64,000 nt of DNA, from IMG/VR virus record IMGVR_UViG_3300021387_000452; one strand, 5' to 3'. The DNA comes from a virus (lineage: Duplodnaviria > Caudoviricetes). The notes beneath the pieces are model-generated. The model was given only the letters and a program-made list of their open reading frames with translations, was not told the origin of the DNA and searched no databases. A program made the position numbers and the translations under genes. This document shows, one piece after another, positions 18,004 to 29,392 of this stretch (the first letter of the stretch is position 1; each line of letters begins with the position of its first letter).

Positions 18004-19170
18004 CTAGAATCCTATGACATAGCCGAATCTGTCTATCGCATGCTTATCCGCTCTAACTGAGCCCTTGATGTAGTCAACAAGTAGCAAATTGAATCTATCA
18101 TCAATGTTACCTTGATGCAATATTTTATCATCACCACTAGTTGTATAGTATGCAGGCGCAAAGTTTAGAATTTCACCACATTCGTCTGGTAGTGTATCTT
18201 TGAAATTAGATTGCTCATACTGGCCAAAGTTAAACAAATTCTGATGTACTCTATAGAAAGCTTTACCATCTTTAACACTGCCTTCAACAATCTTTTTCTT
18301 TCGAGTATAGATAGCAATTTGTCTTGGAATAATATTCTGATCAAGCTTAAGAACTTCTTGCATATTACGTGGATTAATAGTCGACGTAATAATTAGATGA
18401 TGCGGTAGAACATTATCCTGGCCAAGCTTCTCATCTGGAGAAACGATCTCCCAATACCTGTCTCCATAAAAGAACTGCCGTGATAAGCCTCGATAATTAC
18501 CATCTTCATCAGTACCGATGTCTTTAACAAAATCTACTGTACATCTTACTGCGCCAAGAAGTCCAACTGGGACACATGCTTTTATTCCTGACTTAAGATA
18601 TAGTGCATTATGTTTAAGAGCTCTCCCACGTAGAACGAGTTCTGAAAAGTATTGAGCAGCTGGCATTTGTATAAGTGGACCAGTAGGTGTTAATGGCTTT
18701 GCTATATCATCATCTATTCTATACCAGTTGAAAGTCTCAGTCTCTCCAGATGGCTGCACATAATAGCGATGGAACTGATCACGTGTTATGTCTTCTGGAG
18801 CACCTTCATCTTGACTAATAAGAACATCATCTTCATTATAGTGCTGCCAAACACAGGGGAACGGCGGTAGATATTCTGCAGATATTTCTGCAAGACTACC
18901 AAGTTGTGGCACCCCATTATTCAATTTCTGTTCAACACTATTTTCTTTTATGAAGTATTGATTCACACGCTTATCATCAAACTGATTATTAGTGACAGTG
19001 TTATCAGTTATGATAGATGTGTTGTATGGAGCAAGAGGAATTTCACTTTGAGAATCCCATAGATGATTGCCTATGCCAAATAGCATGTATGTCTCATTAT
19101 TTTCACCATCGAGAATCTCTTTGAATTCTCTAGCTTTCAAGTATCTTCCATAGTTAGTATATATTGCCAT
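18004..19170 (-). CDS. Probable baseplate wedge protein (T4 gp8-like N-terminus)
   Basis: MAIYTNYGRYLKAREF...YMLFGIG...W pattern; last gene of the baseplate/fibre block. Confidence 0.45.
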   Translation of the reverse strand: MAIYTNYGRYLKAREFKEILDGENNETYMLFGIGNHLWDSQSEIPLAPYNTSIITDNTVTNNQFDDKRVNQYFIKENSVEQKLNNGVPQLGSLAEISAEYLPPFPCVWQHYNEDDVLISQDEGAPEDITRDQFHRYYVQPSGETETFNWYRIDDDIAKPLTPTGPLIQMPAAQYFSELVLRGRALKHNALYLKSGIKACVPVGLLGAVRCTVDFVKDIGTDEDGNYRGLSRQFFYGDRYWEIVSPDEKLGQDNVLPHHLIITSTINPRNMQEVLKLDQNIIPRQIAIYTRKKKIVEGSVKDGKAFYRVHQNLFNFGQYEQSNFKDTLPDECGEILNFAPAYYTTSGDDKILHQGNIDDRFNLLLVDYIKGSVRADKHAIDRFGYVIGF

Positions 19171-19199
19171 AGTTGTTAGTCTCCATTAATAACTCATGC

Positions 19200-22100
19200 T
19201 TATTTAATTCTCATCACAAGTAGAACTCCGGTGCTAGAGCTTGCAGATAAAACTGTAAAAGCTACTCCGTTCTGCGGTACAATTTCTGTGTCATTGCCAA
19301 AAAATATGCTTGCTTCAGGATCAGTAAAATCACATAGTGCTAATGAAATACCTGAGCGTAAAACAGGCGGGAAAAAATCATCACCTTTATCACCACCAGC
19401 GCCATAGTTCATAATGCGCCATCCATTAACGCCAGATTCTCTCACAATTTGAGAACCGTATCGTAAATAATTGAATGGATTTACATCAGTTGATAATAAG
19501 TTTATAAATCTAACAGTTAAAATGCTACCAAGAGGTGGCATAATTGTCTGCGTTCCTCTAGCACCATGCTCATAGTCTTCATCAGATGCTAAATAATACG
19601 GATAATAAGGCATAACACCATTAAAACTTTTAGCATATACATTATCGAACGGTTTAGACTGGCTCCCGACATTTGATGTGTAACCATTGTATGACATTGT
19701 TGTGTAGACTATATAACCGCCATTATGAGCAAGTTTGTTATTAGCTGCGCGTATTGTAACCCATGATTTAAGGCGGAGCACACTCATAGTGCTACTTGTA
19801 GTACTACTATGTGTTAATAGTATTGGTTTAGAACTAGTGTGTAATTGGTCAATAGCATTGGATATTGAACTAATAGTATCTTCAACAAGTTCATTAATTA
19901 TCTGTATAGCTGTTGAATAGTCATCATATGCGCTAGTGCCATCTATATAGCCATCACTTTGAACCATATTAATAACAAAGCTATTATAACCAATTGGCTG
20001 AATATCATCTGTGTTTAATGTGCTGCTATATGAGTTAATTACGTTTAATTCTTTAAATCGATTTTCTGCTGTGCCAAGACTGTATTCATCATCAATAGGA
20101 ACCACCTCATAAGGTCGTATAATAAGCTCTTCACTAAATATATCTAGCTCATCACCCTCTATTATAGTGAGGCTAGTGTCATCTTTAGCCGCGCATGTAA
20201 CACCAGCTGCATTATTCTTAACTCTAGCTGCAATAGTCACTTTAGCGCCGTTTAAACTGCTAGGTATAGTTGAATTATCTGTGGTTGCATGCGCAAAAAT
20301 AACTGCGCTATTATTATCAGCTCTTGATGACATAACAGTACTATACACTATTTGTTCAGTTGATTCAGCGCTTCTTTTACCAGCAGTAGCTGCTGAATAC
20401 ACACAAGCAGTTCTAGCAGGATACACATTAGTATCTGACCATGATATACGTGACCAGTTATTTATACTATTAGTAATAACATTTTCAGTAGGATTGCCAA
20501 TATCAGCGCCGCCATCTATCATAGACGCTGTCATGACTGAATGGCAAGCTCTGTTGCATTTTCCAGCCTGTATTGGCTCAGTAGATCTATAACATGATGT
20601 TGCAACGGCAGAATCAGAACCAATGCTCTTTCTAGAAGCATGTAACTTTGACCCTCTAAGAGTGCTATCATGTAAATCAACCAGATTTGACGTGTCAGTA
20701 TAAACACCATTTCTAAATTGCACTGGGCTATTAAATGATTTATAACCCCAAATCTCTTGGTTATAAGAACCATCTACATTGTAAGTATTCATATGATGTT
20801 CATTTCTTTCATCAAATGAATTTTCCATATTACCAGCAGTAGAAGTTGATGTAATATCACCACGACCATTAGTCTGTGAATTAGAACCTGATACAATAAG
20901 TTGATCTGGCGAGTAATTATATTCATCAGCCTCTGCAAAGTGTAAGTTACAGCCATGCAAATCACTATCACTTTCACTATAATCTTCTTCTACAATACTC
21001 CAACCAGTTGGTACAGTATAACTGTTTCGCCATTGATCTCCAGTACCTGTTCTACAATAAAATGTACCATCTGTAATATTAGTCTCTATAAATGAATTTA
21101 TATATGATGGTTTTGCATAACAGTATACTTTCTTAAGTGATGTGCAGCCATAAAACATGAACACAGCGCACCCTTCTAAATTAGTATTAGTATAGCCTAT
21201 AACTGGACTTTCTTCTAAAGAAGTGCACCCATTAAACATATAATTAAAATGTGAGTTATGCTCATCATCTGGGTAATCCATTTTTAGTGGTAGCTTTGGT
21301 GGAACTACTAATGACGTACATCCGTCAAACATGTTCATGCATGACATTCCATTTGCGGTACACTTTGACATATCAGGTGCTTCTACTAAGCCAGTGCAAT
21401 GCCAAAATAAATCAAAGAAGTCATATTCGCCTACGGTATCTATGCTTGATAAAATTAAATCTGAAGCCGACGTAATTAGTGGGTTAGCGCAAAACATTCT
21501 ATTAAATCTATAACCCTGTGACTGATGTATCATTTTGCCACGCATAGATGAAATATCACCAGATAATATAGCTTCTATATTTCCAGTACCCGTAATATTA
21601 AAGTATGTGTAACGGTTTATATCGCCAAATCCAGGATTATCTGATTTAATCTGTATACTTTCACCGCCATTAAGTATTAGTGATGCTAATACACTATAGC
21701 TACTACAATCTCTACCAAGATAGTCATCAACATGACGGCTTGTATCAATTTCATCATGAAATGTCCACATGTCATAAGTAATCCAATCTTCACCAGACTT
21801 TTTAATATCATACGATGGGCTATAAGACTCCCATGATGTGACATCGCCAGACATTCGTAATTCAACAGTGAGTGTACCAGAGCCTTTGGCTGTAATTGTT
21901 AGCGGTTCATTATATGCAAAGCTTCCTAGCGTACCTATATGAATATATAGGCTCAACCCATCAATATAAAAATTGTTTACTCCAGCTTCACCATTAATAG
22001 GGCTGCATCTATTTGTTAAATACAGCCCGTTAAATTCTAATGATATATCACTTTCATATGTTTCATATAAGCCGCCAGAGTGTATTCTATTGTCTATCTT

Positions 22101-22553
22101 TTTAGATGATTTTATTATATTATACTTTGCAAATAAAGCTCCGCCGAATGATGTTGACATAGGTTCAAATTCATCTGCATCAATGCGGTCTTTAATATTA
22201 CCTTTTTTATCAAGAACGTATATCGGTGCCCAACTACTAGTCGAAGAATTATATTGGTCTGGAAAATTTGCAAATGTAAACGATTCACCTTCAAAGGGTT
22301 TGATTCTAATTGAACCCTTTAGAGGCCCTAGTTTCCAACAGAAATAACTATCATATGTAAAACCATAATCAGCGAATGCGTTGTTTACTTTAACAGATTC
22401 AATGTGAGACTCAAATCCAAGGCCATTTTTACCAAGGATTTCATCCATTGTAAGTTTTCTAGTTTGCCCATAGTAGACATTACCAGAAGCTTCTATTGAA
22501 GGGTATAGCAACCTTGCTAGTGATTCATAATCATCTTTTGGATTTATTGCCAT
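19200..22553 (-). CDS. Tail fibre / receptor-binding protein with BspA-like leucine-rich repeats
   Basis: MF.GCTSL...P repeats (~21000-21500); fibre motifs QEIWGYKSF and P.DDEYSLGT..NRF; position in tail block. Confidence 0.65.
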   Translation of the reverse strand: MAINPKDDYESLARLLYPSIEASGNVYYGQTRKLTMDEILGKNGLGFESHIESVKVNNAFADYGFTYDSYFCWKLGPLKGSIRIKPFEGESFTFANFPDQYNSSTSSWAPIYVLDKKGNIKDRIDADEFEPMSTSFGGALFAKYNIIKSSKKIDNRIHSGGLYETYESDISLEFNGLYLTNRCSPINGEAGVNNFYIDGLSLYIHIGTLGSFAYNEPLTITAKGSGTLTVELRMSGDVTSWESYSPSYDIKKSGEDWITYDMWTFHDEIDTSRHVDDYLGRDCSSYSVLASLILNGGESIQIKSDNPGFGDINRYTYFNITGTGNIEAILSGDISSMRGKMIHQSQGYRFNRMFCANPLITSASDLILSSIDTVGEYDFFDLFWHCTGLVEAPDMSKCTANGMSCMNMFDGCTSLVVPPKLPLKMDYPDDEHNSHFNYMFNGCTSLEESPVIGYTNTNLEGCAVFMFYGCTSLKKVYCYAKPSYINSFIETNITDGTFYCRTGTGDQWRNSYTVPTGWSIVEEDYSESDSDLHGCNLHFAEADEYNYSPDQLIVSGSNSQTNGRGDITSTSTAGNMENSFDERNEHHMNTYNVDGSYNQEIWGYKSFNSPVQFRNGVYTDTSNLVDLHDSTLRGSKLHASRKSIGSDSAVATSCYRSTEPIQAGKCNRACHSVMTASMIDGGADIGNPTENVITNSINNWSRISWSDTNVYPARTACVYSAATAGKRSAESTEQIVYSTVMSSRADNNSAVIFAHATTDNSTIPSSLNGAKVTIAARVKNNAAGVTCAAKDDTSLTIIEGDELDIFSEELIIRPYEVVPIDDEYSLGTAENRFKELNVINSYSSTLNTDDIQPIGYNSFVINMVQSDGYIDGTSAYDDYSTAIQIINELVEDTISSISNAIDQLHTSSKPILLTHSSTTSSTMSVLRLKSWVTIRAANNKLAHNGGYIVYTTMSYNGYTSNVGSQSKPFDNVYAKSFNGVMPYYPYYLASDEDYEHGARGTQTIMPPLGSILTVRFINLLSTDVNPFNYLRYGSQIVRESGVNGWRIMNYGAGGDKGDDFFPPVLRSGISLALCDFTDPEASIFFGNDTEIVPQNGVAFTVLSASSSTGVLLVMRIK

Positions 22554-22679
22554 ATCTATATAACTCCTACTACATAAGAGAATTTGACATAAAGCATTTT
22601 ACTGCTATAGACATTTGATATTCTAGTCATATACTTACTATACATCTAAGAAATGATTGACTAAACATAGATACAATAA

Positions 22680-22703
22680 AGCCCTAGCAAATTTGCTAGG
22701 GCT
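22680..22703 (-). terminator. Perfect 24 bp palindrome, probable terminator
   Basis: agccctagcaaatttgctagggct. Confidence 0.65.
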
Positions 22704-22732
22704 GAGCATTAGCTAATTTATCATTATGAAAT

Positions 22733-25693
22733 CTATGACGCAGAAATGTTGCTTCTAAGTCTATAAAAATTACTAAAGAACTTAGTGCTAACATCATCTG
22801 TTCTATCTACGCTATACTTATCATAGATATAATATAGACCGTCATTTAAGCATATATAGCGTTTCCTATCTGGAGAATAACTAGTAGGAGGAGTTTTTAC
22901 AGTTAAAAAGTTAACCAATCCAAACGGATTAGAACTAATGCTATGATTTAGTATAGATGCATGTGTTAAATACCAAGTAGTGTCTATCTTTGTGAATATG
23001 AATCCACGTACACCAACATAGTTACTTGAACTATCATAGAAATTAAAGTTTATGTAGATCATACTGTTACAAAGCTGAACAACACTTAATGGATAACCAG
23101 AGTCTACAGTTGATTCGTAGTAGTCTGAATTATTATGTATGTATGAACCAGGATTGTTAATAAACGTGCGAATAGCTGACTTGAAATTTATTCTATCAAC
23201 CACGTCCATAGTAACTGTTGATGATGATATGCTCTTATATTTCGCAAAGTATATATAGCCATCGCTAGCTGAATAGCTTATCCAGCAAAGTGCTACAGTT
23301 GGTGTTGAGCTAGATAAATTATCATTTAAGGCATATATAGTACAGAATGGCTCAGAACTACTTGTTGATATAGAAGCTGACTGTGTTGGCAATCCACTAT
23401 ATGTGGTACTAGTTAATTTAACATATCGTGTCACAGATGAACTACCACTGTAAGCTGCTGCAGGAAGACCATAGCAATTAGCTGTATCGTCATTATTCGC
23501 ATATCTAGTAAACACAGCTAATGGCGTAGAGCTATTTATAAGAACGCAGTCATATATCGAACCATTACTATAGTTCATTGTACTAGAACTACTTAGATAT
23601 AATCTAAGATAGCTACCATCTGATAAAAGACTTCTACTAGATGATACGTCAAATCTCTTAAGATTACCAGCATTATTATATGGAAGCGCAACTGGAGCCA
23701 TGTCTCTAATAACAATAACTTTTCCAGCAGAAGAGTCTGCTGGCCATGAAGAACTACTAAGTATATTTGTAGCGCTACTAGCATTACCAGATAAACTGCC
23801 ACTAAATGTTTTACAGCTCAATGTTTTAGTGCTTGGATTATAGTAGACATCGCTACTAGAAGTAGCTGTGTAAAGCTTTTTCTCAGCTGGAACGCTAGTG
23901 CCAGTGTTGACACCATTAGCAAATACTAGTGGGTGTTGTGAGTTAGTAGTTGACCCAGTAACTTGCACAAATTTAGCTGATTGCGCATAGCACTGACTAT
24001 CAATCATGCTCCAGTAAGATCCATCATACACTAATTCAAAAATACTATTTGCTGGCCATGAGTCAAACACCGTAGATCCTGGAGACATGCCATTATACAT
24101 CTTAATGTATTTAGCGCCAGTATTATTCACATTAAGAGTCGGAAGATTTGTTAATGTTGTACTATTAGTGTTTGTGAACTTTACAACAACACGAGCACCT
24201 ATTTCGAGCTTAAATGAACTGTTGTTGATAGTAACTACCTTCGCTGCCGTAGCTGCTGGAGTTGTACACTCTCCATAGTTGGATATGATATTTACTTTTA
24301 TTGACTCCCATTTAGTCCCAGTATACCTAAATGTTTTAAGAGAACCAGCATCCCAAGTTGAAGTATCAGAGCCGTCAGCAATAGCCCTAGCGCCGGTTGA
24401 ATTTACATTTAATGACACTTCACTTGTAGACGTATTAGCATACGTAAATAATACGGTTATAATGGACCCTATAGTTAGCGTGAATCCATAGCATGCTACA
24501 ATACGAGACGACCCTGAGTTTGTGCACGTGCCATTGTAAAATGGTCCAGTAGAACCATCTTCAATAATACCGAAAATACTATGAGCAGTATCTTCTACTA
24601 AAGTCCCATTAAACTTACCACCATAAAAGTCACTAGCACACACGCCAGAAAACTTATAGTTGCTAAACCCTAACCAACCTTTTCCATTTTGACTAGGTCT
24701 AATTGATGGGTACGCATTATTATTTTCACTATTGCCTATAATTAAATAGCCACTAGATGTATTTTCACCTGAGGCGTATATATGTTTCCATTGCCACGAT
24801 GTGCTTCCCAAGTCATAAGTGTTTGAAGCATTTGGAACTATATCATCATATGATATTATATAATTATTATTAGTTGCAGAAAGCTTCGTTGTCTTCGTTA
24901 AACCACTTATATATGATAGATTGCTTGCATTTGTAGCTGTTGATGCGTTACCAGTAAATTCAGTACCATTAAATGTAGATGCATATATTTCGTTCCATCT
25001 TCCATCTGTAGTGTCACTACCAATGTTTAAAGTACTTTCTGTTGGTAAGATATTTCCAGAATGCTTAGTGTCATTCTTAAAAGTCTTTTCTCCATAAATA
25101 TTTTGCGGATCTCCAGATAAAGCACTAGTCGCAGAATGTGTAGTCACAGATCTAGCGTCAAAGTCTTCTCTTGCAGTAACCTCATCATTTAATTCTTCAG
25201 CTGTTGCATAAACATCATCCATGATAGTTAATGTAACATTTGTAGGATTTTCAAAATTATCTACGCGAATCCCAAACTTCACGAATAACTTGTACTCTGG
25301 ATCAACACTTTTTGAAGAAATAGATGTTTGAGAACCACCGCCTCTACGAGCTACAAATACTAGTTGTTCTGATGGATAAGTAGTGTCTGTCTTAGCCCAT
25401 ACACCGAATAAGTTAGCAAGACCACCACTCTGATACGTATTATTGTCTATTTGACAGTTTATACTAGCAGTCTTTGTATTATCATTTACAATATATGAAT
25501 TAACGTTGCCACTACCAGTGTACTGGCTAGAATTCTGAACAATGGCAGTTAGAGCTTTCATATCACTAGCTTGTTTATCATCTACATCCCAACTAGACGT
25601 AGCAGCTCTAACCCAAGTTATCTTTTCTCCACTAGCAGCAGCTGTCAGTAAATCTTGACCAACATTTGTTATATATGAATTGAGAAACGCCAT
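22733..25693 (-). CDS. Tail fibre protein
   Basis: N-terminal ITNVGQDLL baseplate-anchor pattern; repeated I.P....Y.LG....W..IYA units; two copies of an F.L..G..I.V.F...N......LNVN.TGA..I domain; Ser/Thr-rich. Confidence 0.75.
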   Translation of the reverse strand: MAFLNSYITNVGQDLLTAAASGEKITWVRAATSSWDVDDKQASDMKALTAIVQNSSQYTGSGNVNSYIVNDNTKTASINCQIDNNTYQSGGLANLFGVWAKTDTTYPSEQLVFVARRGGGSQTSISSKSVDPEYKLFVKFGIRVDNFENPTNVTLTIMDDVYATAEELNDEVTAREDFDARSVTTHSATSALSGDPQNIYGEKTFKNDTKHSGNILPTESTLNIGSDTTDGRWNEIYASTFNGTEFTGNASTATNASNLSYISGLTKTTKLSATNNNYIISYDDIVPNASNTYDLGSTSWQWKHIYASGENTSSGYLIIGNSENNNAYPSIRPSQNGKGWLGFSNYKFSGVCASDFYGGKFNGTLVEDTAHSIFGIIEDGSTGPFYNGTCTNSGSSRIVACYGFTLTIGSIITVLFTYANTSTSEVSLNVNSTGARAIADGSDTSTWDAGSLKTFRYTGTKWESIKVNIISNYGECTTPAATAAKVVTINNSSFKLEIGARVVVKFTNTNSTTLTNLPTLNVNNTGAKYIKMYNGMSPGSTVFDSWPANSIFELVYDGSYWSMIDSQCYAQSAKFVQVTGSTTNSQHPLVFANGVNTGTSVPAEKKLYTATSSSDVYYNPSTKTLSCKTFSGSLSGNASSATNILSSSSWPADSSAGKVIVIRDMAPVALPYNNAGNLKRFDVSSSRSLLSDGSYLRLYLSSSSTMNYSNGSIYDCVLINSSTPLAVFTRYANNDDTANCYGLPAAAYSGSSSVTRYVKLTSTTYSGLPTQSASISTSSSEPFCTIYALNDNLSSSTPTVALCWISYSASDGYIYFAKYKSISSSTVTMDVVDRINFKSAIRTFINNPGSYIHNNSDYYESTVDSGYPLSVVQLCNSMIYINFNFYDSSSNYVGVRGFIFTKIDTTWYLTHASILNHSISSNPFGLVNFLTVKTPPTSYSPDRKRYICLNDGLYYIYDKYSVDRTDDVSTKFFSNFYRLRSNISAS

Positions 25694-25703
25694 GATATTA
25701 CCT

Positions 25704-28700
25704 CTACTCTTCTATAATACCCAAATTAATAAAGACTGATTCTGAAAGCTTGTTAATTGCACCTTCTTCAATAGTGTTCAAGTTTACTGTAGTCTGTCTA
25801 AATGTGTAACCTCGGTTTAGATATTCATCTCTTGGGAGCCACCAATTCTCTTCATCGCCATACACCAAATCTCTTGTTCGCATATACTTTGGATATAGCT
25901 CTACAAGTTGTGAGTTCCACATACCGTCTCCAAGCTCACTCGGCAAGTACTCTTGATTATCATTATTAGCTCGAGCACTTAATTTGCTAACTGTGAAGTC
26001 AACATACGCAGCATCCAATCTAGTATACTGAATTACTTGTCGATTGATCTCACTTGGCTTAAATGCAAAGTAAGCTCTATCTAATCCCTTATTCTGAGAT
26101 CCATCTTTATGATAAGTAATTATAATTTCGTATTCTCCGGTATCTTCTAATGTTATAGTAAAATCATTCCACGAATACTCAGATAGAATAACTGAACTTG
26201 AGCTCGTACCAGATCTATAAAAGTCATGACTAGAAATCACATTTCCAAGCGAGTCTCTAACTTCAATGGATGGGTAATCCCACATAGATGTAGAAGCTGG
26301 ATTACTTGGGATTTCACCACAACCCATTATTTTTACGCTGAAGCTAAATTTCTTCGGTACATAAAGCTTGAGCTTCATTGATGCAGTACTATTATGAACA
26401 TGATAGTTGCTATAACTCTTAAATACCTCATAGTCTAAATCATTTAACAACCCAACTATGTAGCTATCATTTGAATCAGCAGCGTCTGTACGCATCCATT
26501 GACCATTAAGATCAATAGACACACTTTGATTATTTAATTCAACTTTATGAGCATCGCATACTAGCTCGTAAGTAGTTACACCAGAATCATTGTTTGTAAA
26601 CAGCTCCATTCTTGCTATGTCATAATCTACAGGCTCACCTTTTTCATTATATATTCCAAGCACATGATAATCTAGTGATGATGTGTTCGTGCTATATTTA
26701 TATAATTCATCAATTCCAAAGTTAGTATACTTTGAATGAATCCAACCGATTATACTTCCAGCCGTTATTTTTAACCAGCCTGCTGATTTATCAATTACAG
26801 TAAATGTTTGATTATCATTTAGTGTACCAACTATCTGAGTTGGTTGTCCGCCCTGACCATTAATAAGCGGGTTTGCATATACATTTATTGGAGATGAGCT
26901 GAAGACAGCGCCTTCATTATCTTCAAGAGAACTTGATCTTACTTTATATAAATAATTATGGAACTCATGAAGTTGGATGTCTTTCTTTGTTTTGCTAAAC
27001 CATAGACGATGAGTGTTTACAGTCTTGAATGTAACATAATTATACTCATTATGCGCAACACGAGTAAGCTCATTCAAGTTTACATACATTTCTCCAGTAC
27101 ATGGATTGCCTTCAATGAAAGCGTGTGGCTCATAATCATCTGAGTACTCACTTTCGCCATCATAGTATGGGCTACTATCTCCTTGGCCGTCATCTGTATA
27201 CTTGAGCAATAGATTGTATGACAAGATCGGATTGTACCAAATGTTATCAAGTTCTCCGTAGCTGTAAACATCTACTGCAGATCTCAGACTATCGCTCAAG
27301 TCTTTGTTGTCACCCTGATTATCATTAGCAGCTCTAGTGTAGCCAACATATAATGGGTCTAGCTTCCCTACAGTTGGGCGATCATATGAGGTGAATGTTT
27401 CCTTAGATACTGGTGGTTCATTATCAGAGACAATGCTCTCGTACTCTTCTACATTGCTTCCATCTGGATTTGATAGCTGAGGTCGATTCTCATTCTGCTT
27501 TAGATTAAACCAATTGAATAGAGAAGATTTCTCATTATCATCTGTATTTTGCTGAGCCATGTCAAAGAATGGAGTTTTCTCATTCCAAAATGGTTTATAT
27601 GTCTTTATATGATGAGCTTTGTCACTCTCTATCAAAGCATCTGTTGCTAGAACGTCCCATCTATATGGACCAGGTTCGTCACTCTTCTCATCAGTGTAAT
27701 CAATGAATTCATTCTCATCAATAGAATCAGTAAGTGGAGCTAGTGTACAGTAATTAATTTCTCGCTCAGTCGTAGATATAAATGGTATGTCAATAGTTAC
27801 GATGTCGACATCACAATATGGACTTATTCTAGAAATAACATCTTCAGTAGAAATTCCATCTGGTATTTGCATGCGTATTTCATCTCCATTAATAATGGAA
27901 ATAGCATGATTAGTAGCTGTCTGATCATCAAGGTTAAAAATGCTTGCTAGCGTCTCTTTAAGATTTATAAATACATCATCTCCTAAAGCATTACTAAATG
28001 AAGCTGCATAAGATGTGACTGTAGTAGTTACTGAATCTTCAACTATTTCAGTTGTATGACTATTTATAAAATCATATACTTGTTCGACAGTGTATCTATC
28101 TTTATCAAATGGAATACTAACTGGACAATTTCTTATTAAAGCAATAGCCTCATCAATGCTAGTTATCTGACAAACGGTTGCTATTACTTGAGCAACCATC
28201 ATCTCATAATCTTCATTATATGACACAAGAGTTAAGTGCTTATTGAATAAGAATCTCTGTAGTCTATTCGGCTCAGATGATCTATACATACCATGAGTGT
28301 TACATTTCGTTGGAAACGTAGACTCTGTGTCATATAGCTCTGTCTGATCTGGCTCATACACTTCTGGCGTATGTAATAGACTATATGGAGCTGAATCACT
28401 TCTGCTTATCTCAACTAGGCTATCATCAGTCTCTGTGTCATAATAGAAATACTTACCAGTCTCATGAATTGGCCACGTCCCACTACTATCTAAAGTCGCC
28501 TCTGTGTGAGTCATATTATTCATGTAGTGATAATCAAACCAGTACGGTGTTCTCCATGGGGTATTAGTACCGTTTTGCCAGTCATAGTGCATTGACGCTG
28601 GGTACTTACCATCATATGACATGCTATGTGGTCTATAATTCTTGAGATCGCAGTCTTCTACAAAGGTTAGTCTATCAAAGGCTAGCATATTTACGTTGTA

Positions 28701-29264
28701 GAAGTATGTAGAATCACCAGGATAGACTGGCCTTGGCCATGGGATATATAAATATGTGTAGCCGGCTGGAAGTGCCTGCGCTATAAGAATATCACTCTGT
28801 AGAGCCATTGACGCAGAGCTAATTACTCTATTGTCTGAATGTCTAGACGCATTTCCACTAATATAGAAATAGCCGTCCATATCAGAACCGATTTCGTAAT
28901 GTCGTAAAACCTGAATTGTTCTAAAGTTGTATTCGCTCTTTTTTGAAAATCCAGTAGACCACACTCCCTCAAACTGCCCACCAGACTTAGCAATTGCATA
29001 TAGTGCATTTTGTCTGGTTCTATTATGCTTTATAGACGGGTACATTCTGTAGAACCGTCCATTTGGCAGCCAGTTATCTGTCATGTTTTCTACTTTAATA
29101 TCATACAACTCTAGCTTATGGCGTATTTCGTCAGAAGTTAATTCGTCTATATCAAGGCACTTCAGCATTTCATACGCATGATCTATGACTGATAGTCGCA
29201 CCTCTTCTATAGCCTCTTCTAATTCAGGCATGTACTCAATAATATAATCCGGTAAAATCTTCAT
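25704..29264 (-). CDS. Large baseplate protein (wedge, gp7-like position) with an inserted SH3b-like domain
   Basis: Follows the gp6-like gene; INVYANP...IVGTLNDNQTFTVIDKSAGWLKI....IGWIHSKY is SH3b-like. Confidence 0.55.
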   Translation of the reverse strand: MKILPDYIIEYMPELEEAIEEVRLSVIDHAYEMLKCLDIDELTSDEIRHKLELYDIKVENMTDNWLPNGRFYRMYPSIKHNRTRQNALYAIAKSGGQFEGVWSTGFSKKSEYNFRTIQVLRHYEIGSDMDGYFYISGNASRHSDNRVISSASMALQSDILIAQALPAGYTYLYIPWPRPVYPGDSTYFYNVNMLAFDRLTFVEDCDLKNYRPHSMSYDGKYPASMHYDWQNGTNTPWRTPYWFDYHYMNNMTHTEATLDSSGTWPIHETGKYFYYDTETDDSLVEISRSDSAPYSLLHTPEVYEPDQTELYDTESTFPTKCNTHGMYRSSEPNRLQRFLFNKHLTLVSYNEDYEMMVAQVIATVCQITSIDEAIALIRNCPVSIPFDKDRYTVEQVYDFINSHTTEIVEDSVTTTVTSYAASFSNALGDDVFINLKETLASIFNLDDQTATNHAISIINGDEIRMQIPDGISTEDVISRISPYCDVDIVTIDIPFISTTEREINYCTLAPLTDSIDENEFIDYTDEKSDEPGPYRWDVLATDALIESDKAHHIKTYKPFWNEKTPFFDMAQQNTDDNEKSSLFNWFNLKQNENRPQLSNPDGSNVEEYESIVSDNEPPVSKETFTSYDRPTVGKLDPLYVGYTRAANDNQGDNKDLSDSLRSAVDVYSYGELDNIWYNPILSYNLLLKYTDDGQGDSSPYYDGESEYSDDYEPHAFIEGNPCTGEMYVNLNELTRVAHNEYNYVTFKTVNTHRLWFSKTKKDIQLHEFHNYLYKVRSSSLEDNEGAVFSSSPINVYANPLINGQGGQPTQIVGTLNDNQTFTVIDKSAGWLKITAGSIIGWIHSKYTNFGIDELYKYSTNTSSLDYHVLGIYNEKGEPVDYDIARMELFTNNDSGVTTYELVCDAHKVELNNQSVSIDLNGQWMRTDAADSNDSYIVGLLNDLDYEVFKSYSNYHVHNSTASMKLKLYVPKKFSFSVKIMGCGEIPSNPASTSMWDYPSIEVRDSLGNVISSHDFYRSGTSSSSVILSEYSWNDFTITLEDTGEYEIIITYHKDGSQNKGLDRAYFAFKPSEINRQVIQYTRLDAAYVDFTVSKLSARANNDNQEYLPSELGDGMWNSQLVELYPKYMRTRDLVYGDEENWWLPRDEYLNRGYTFRQTTVNLNTIEEGAINKLSESVFINLGIIEE

Positions 29265-29350
29265 TACTCATGCCTCTGTGTAAGTCGCACTTTAGATGAA
29301 TCTTGATAATAGTTAGATATAGATTATACACCTGAGTCTGGGTAAACTAA

Positions 29351-29380
29351 AACGAGCTATCACATTTGCAATAGCTCGTT
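29351..29380 (-). terminator. Terminator hairpin
   Basis: aacgagctat/atagctcgtt stem; TGTATAAT about 20 nt downstream (tataca 29325-29330). Confidence 0.65.
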
Positions 29381-29392
29381 GAAATATAAATC

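Noticed and set aside
22584-22611. + strand TTGACA-N16-TATAGA antisense sigma70-like promoter
   Set aside because: Poor -10 box, and such matches are expected by chance in AT-rich DNA.
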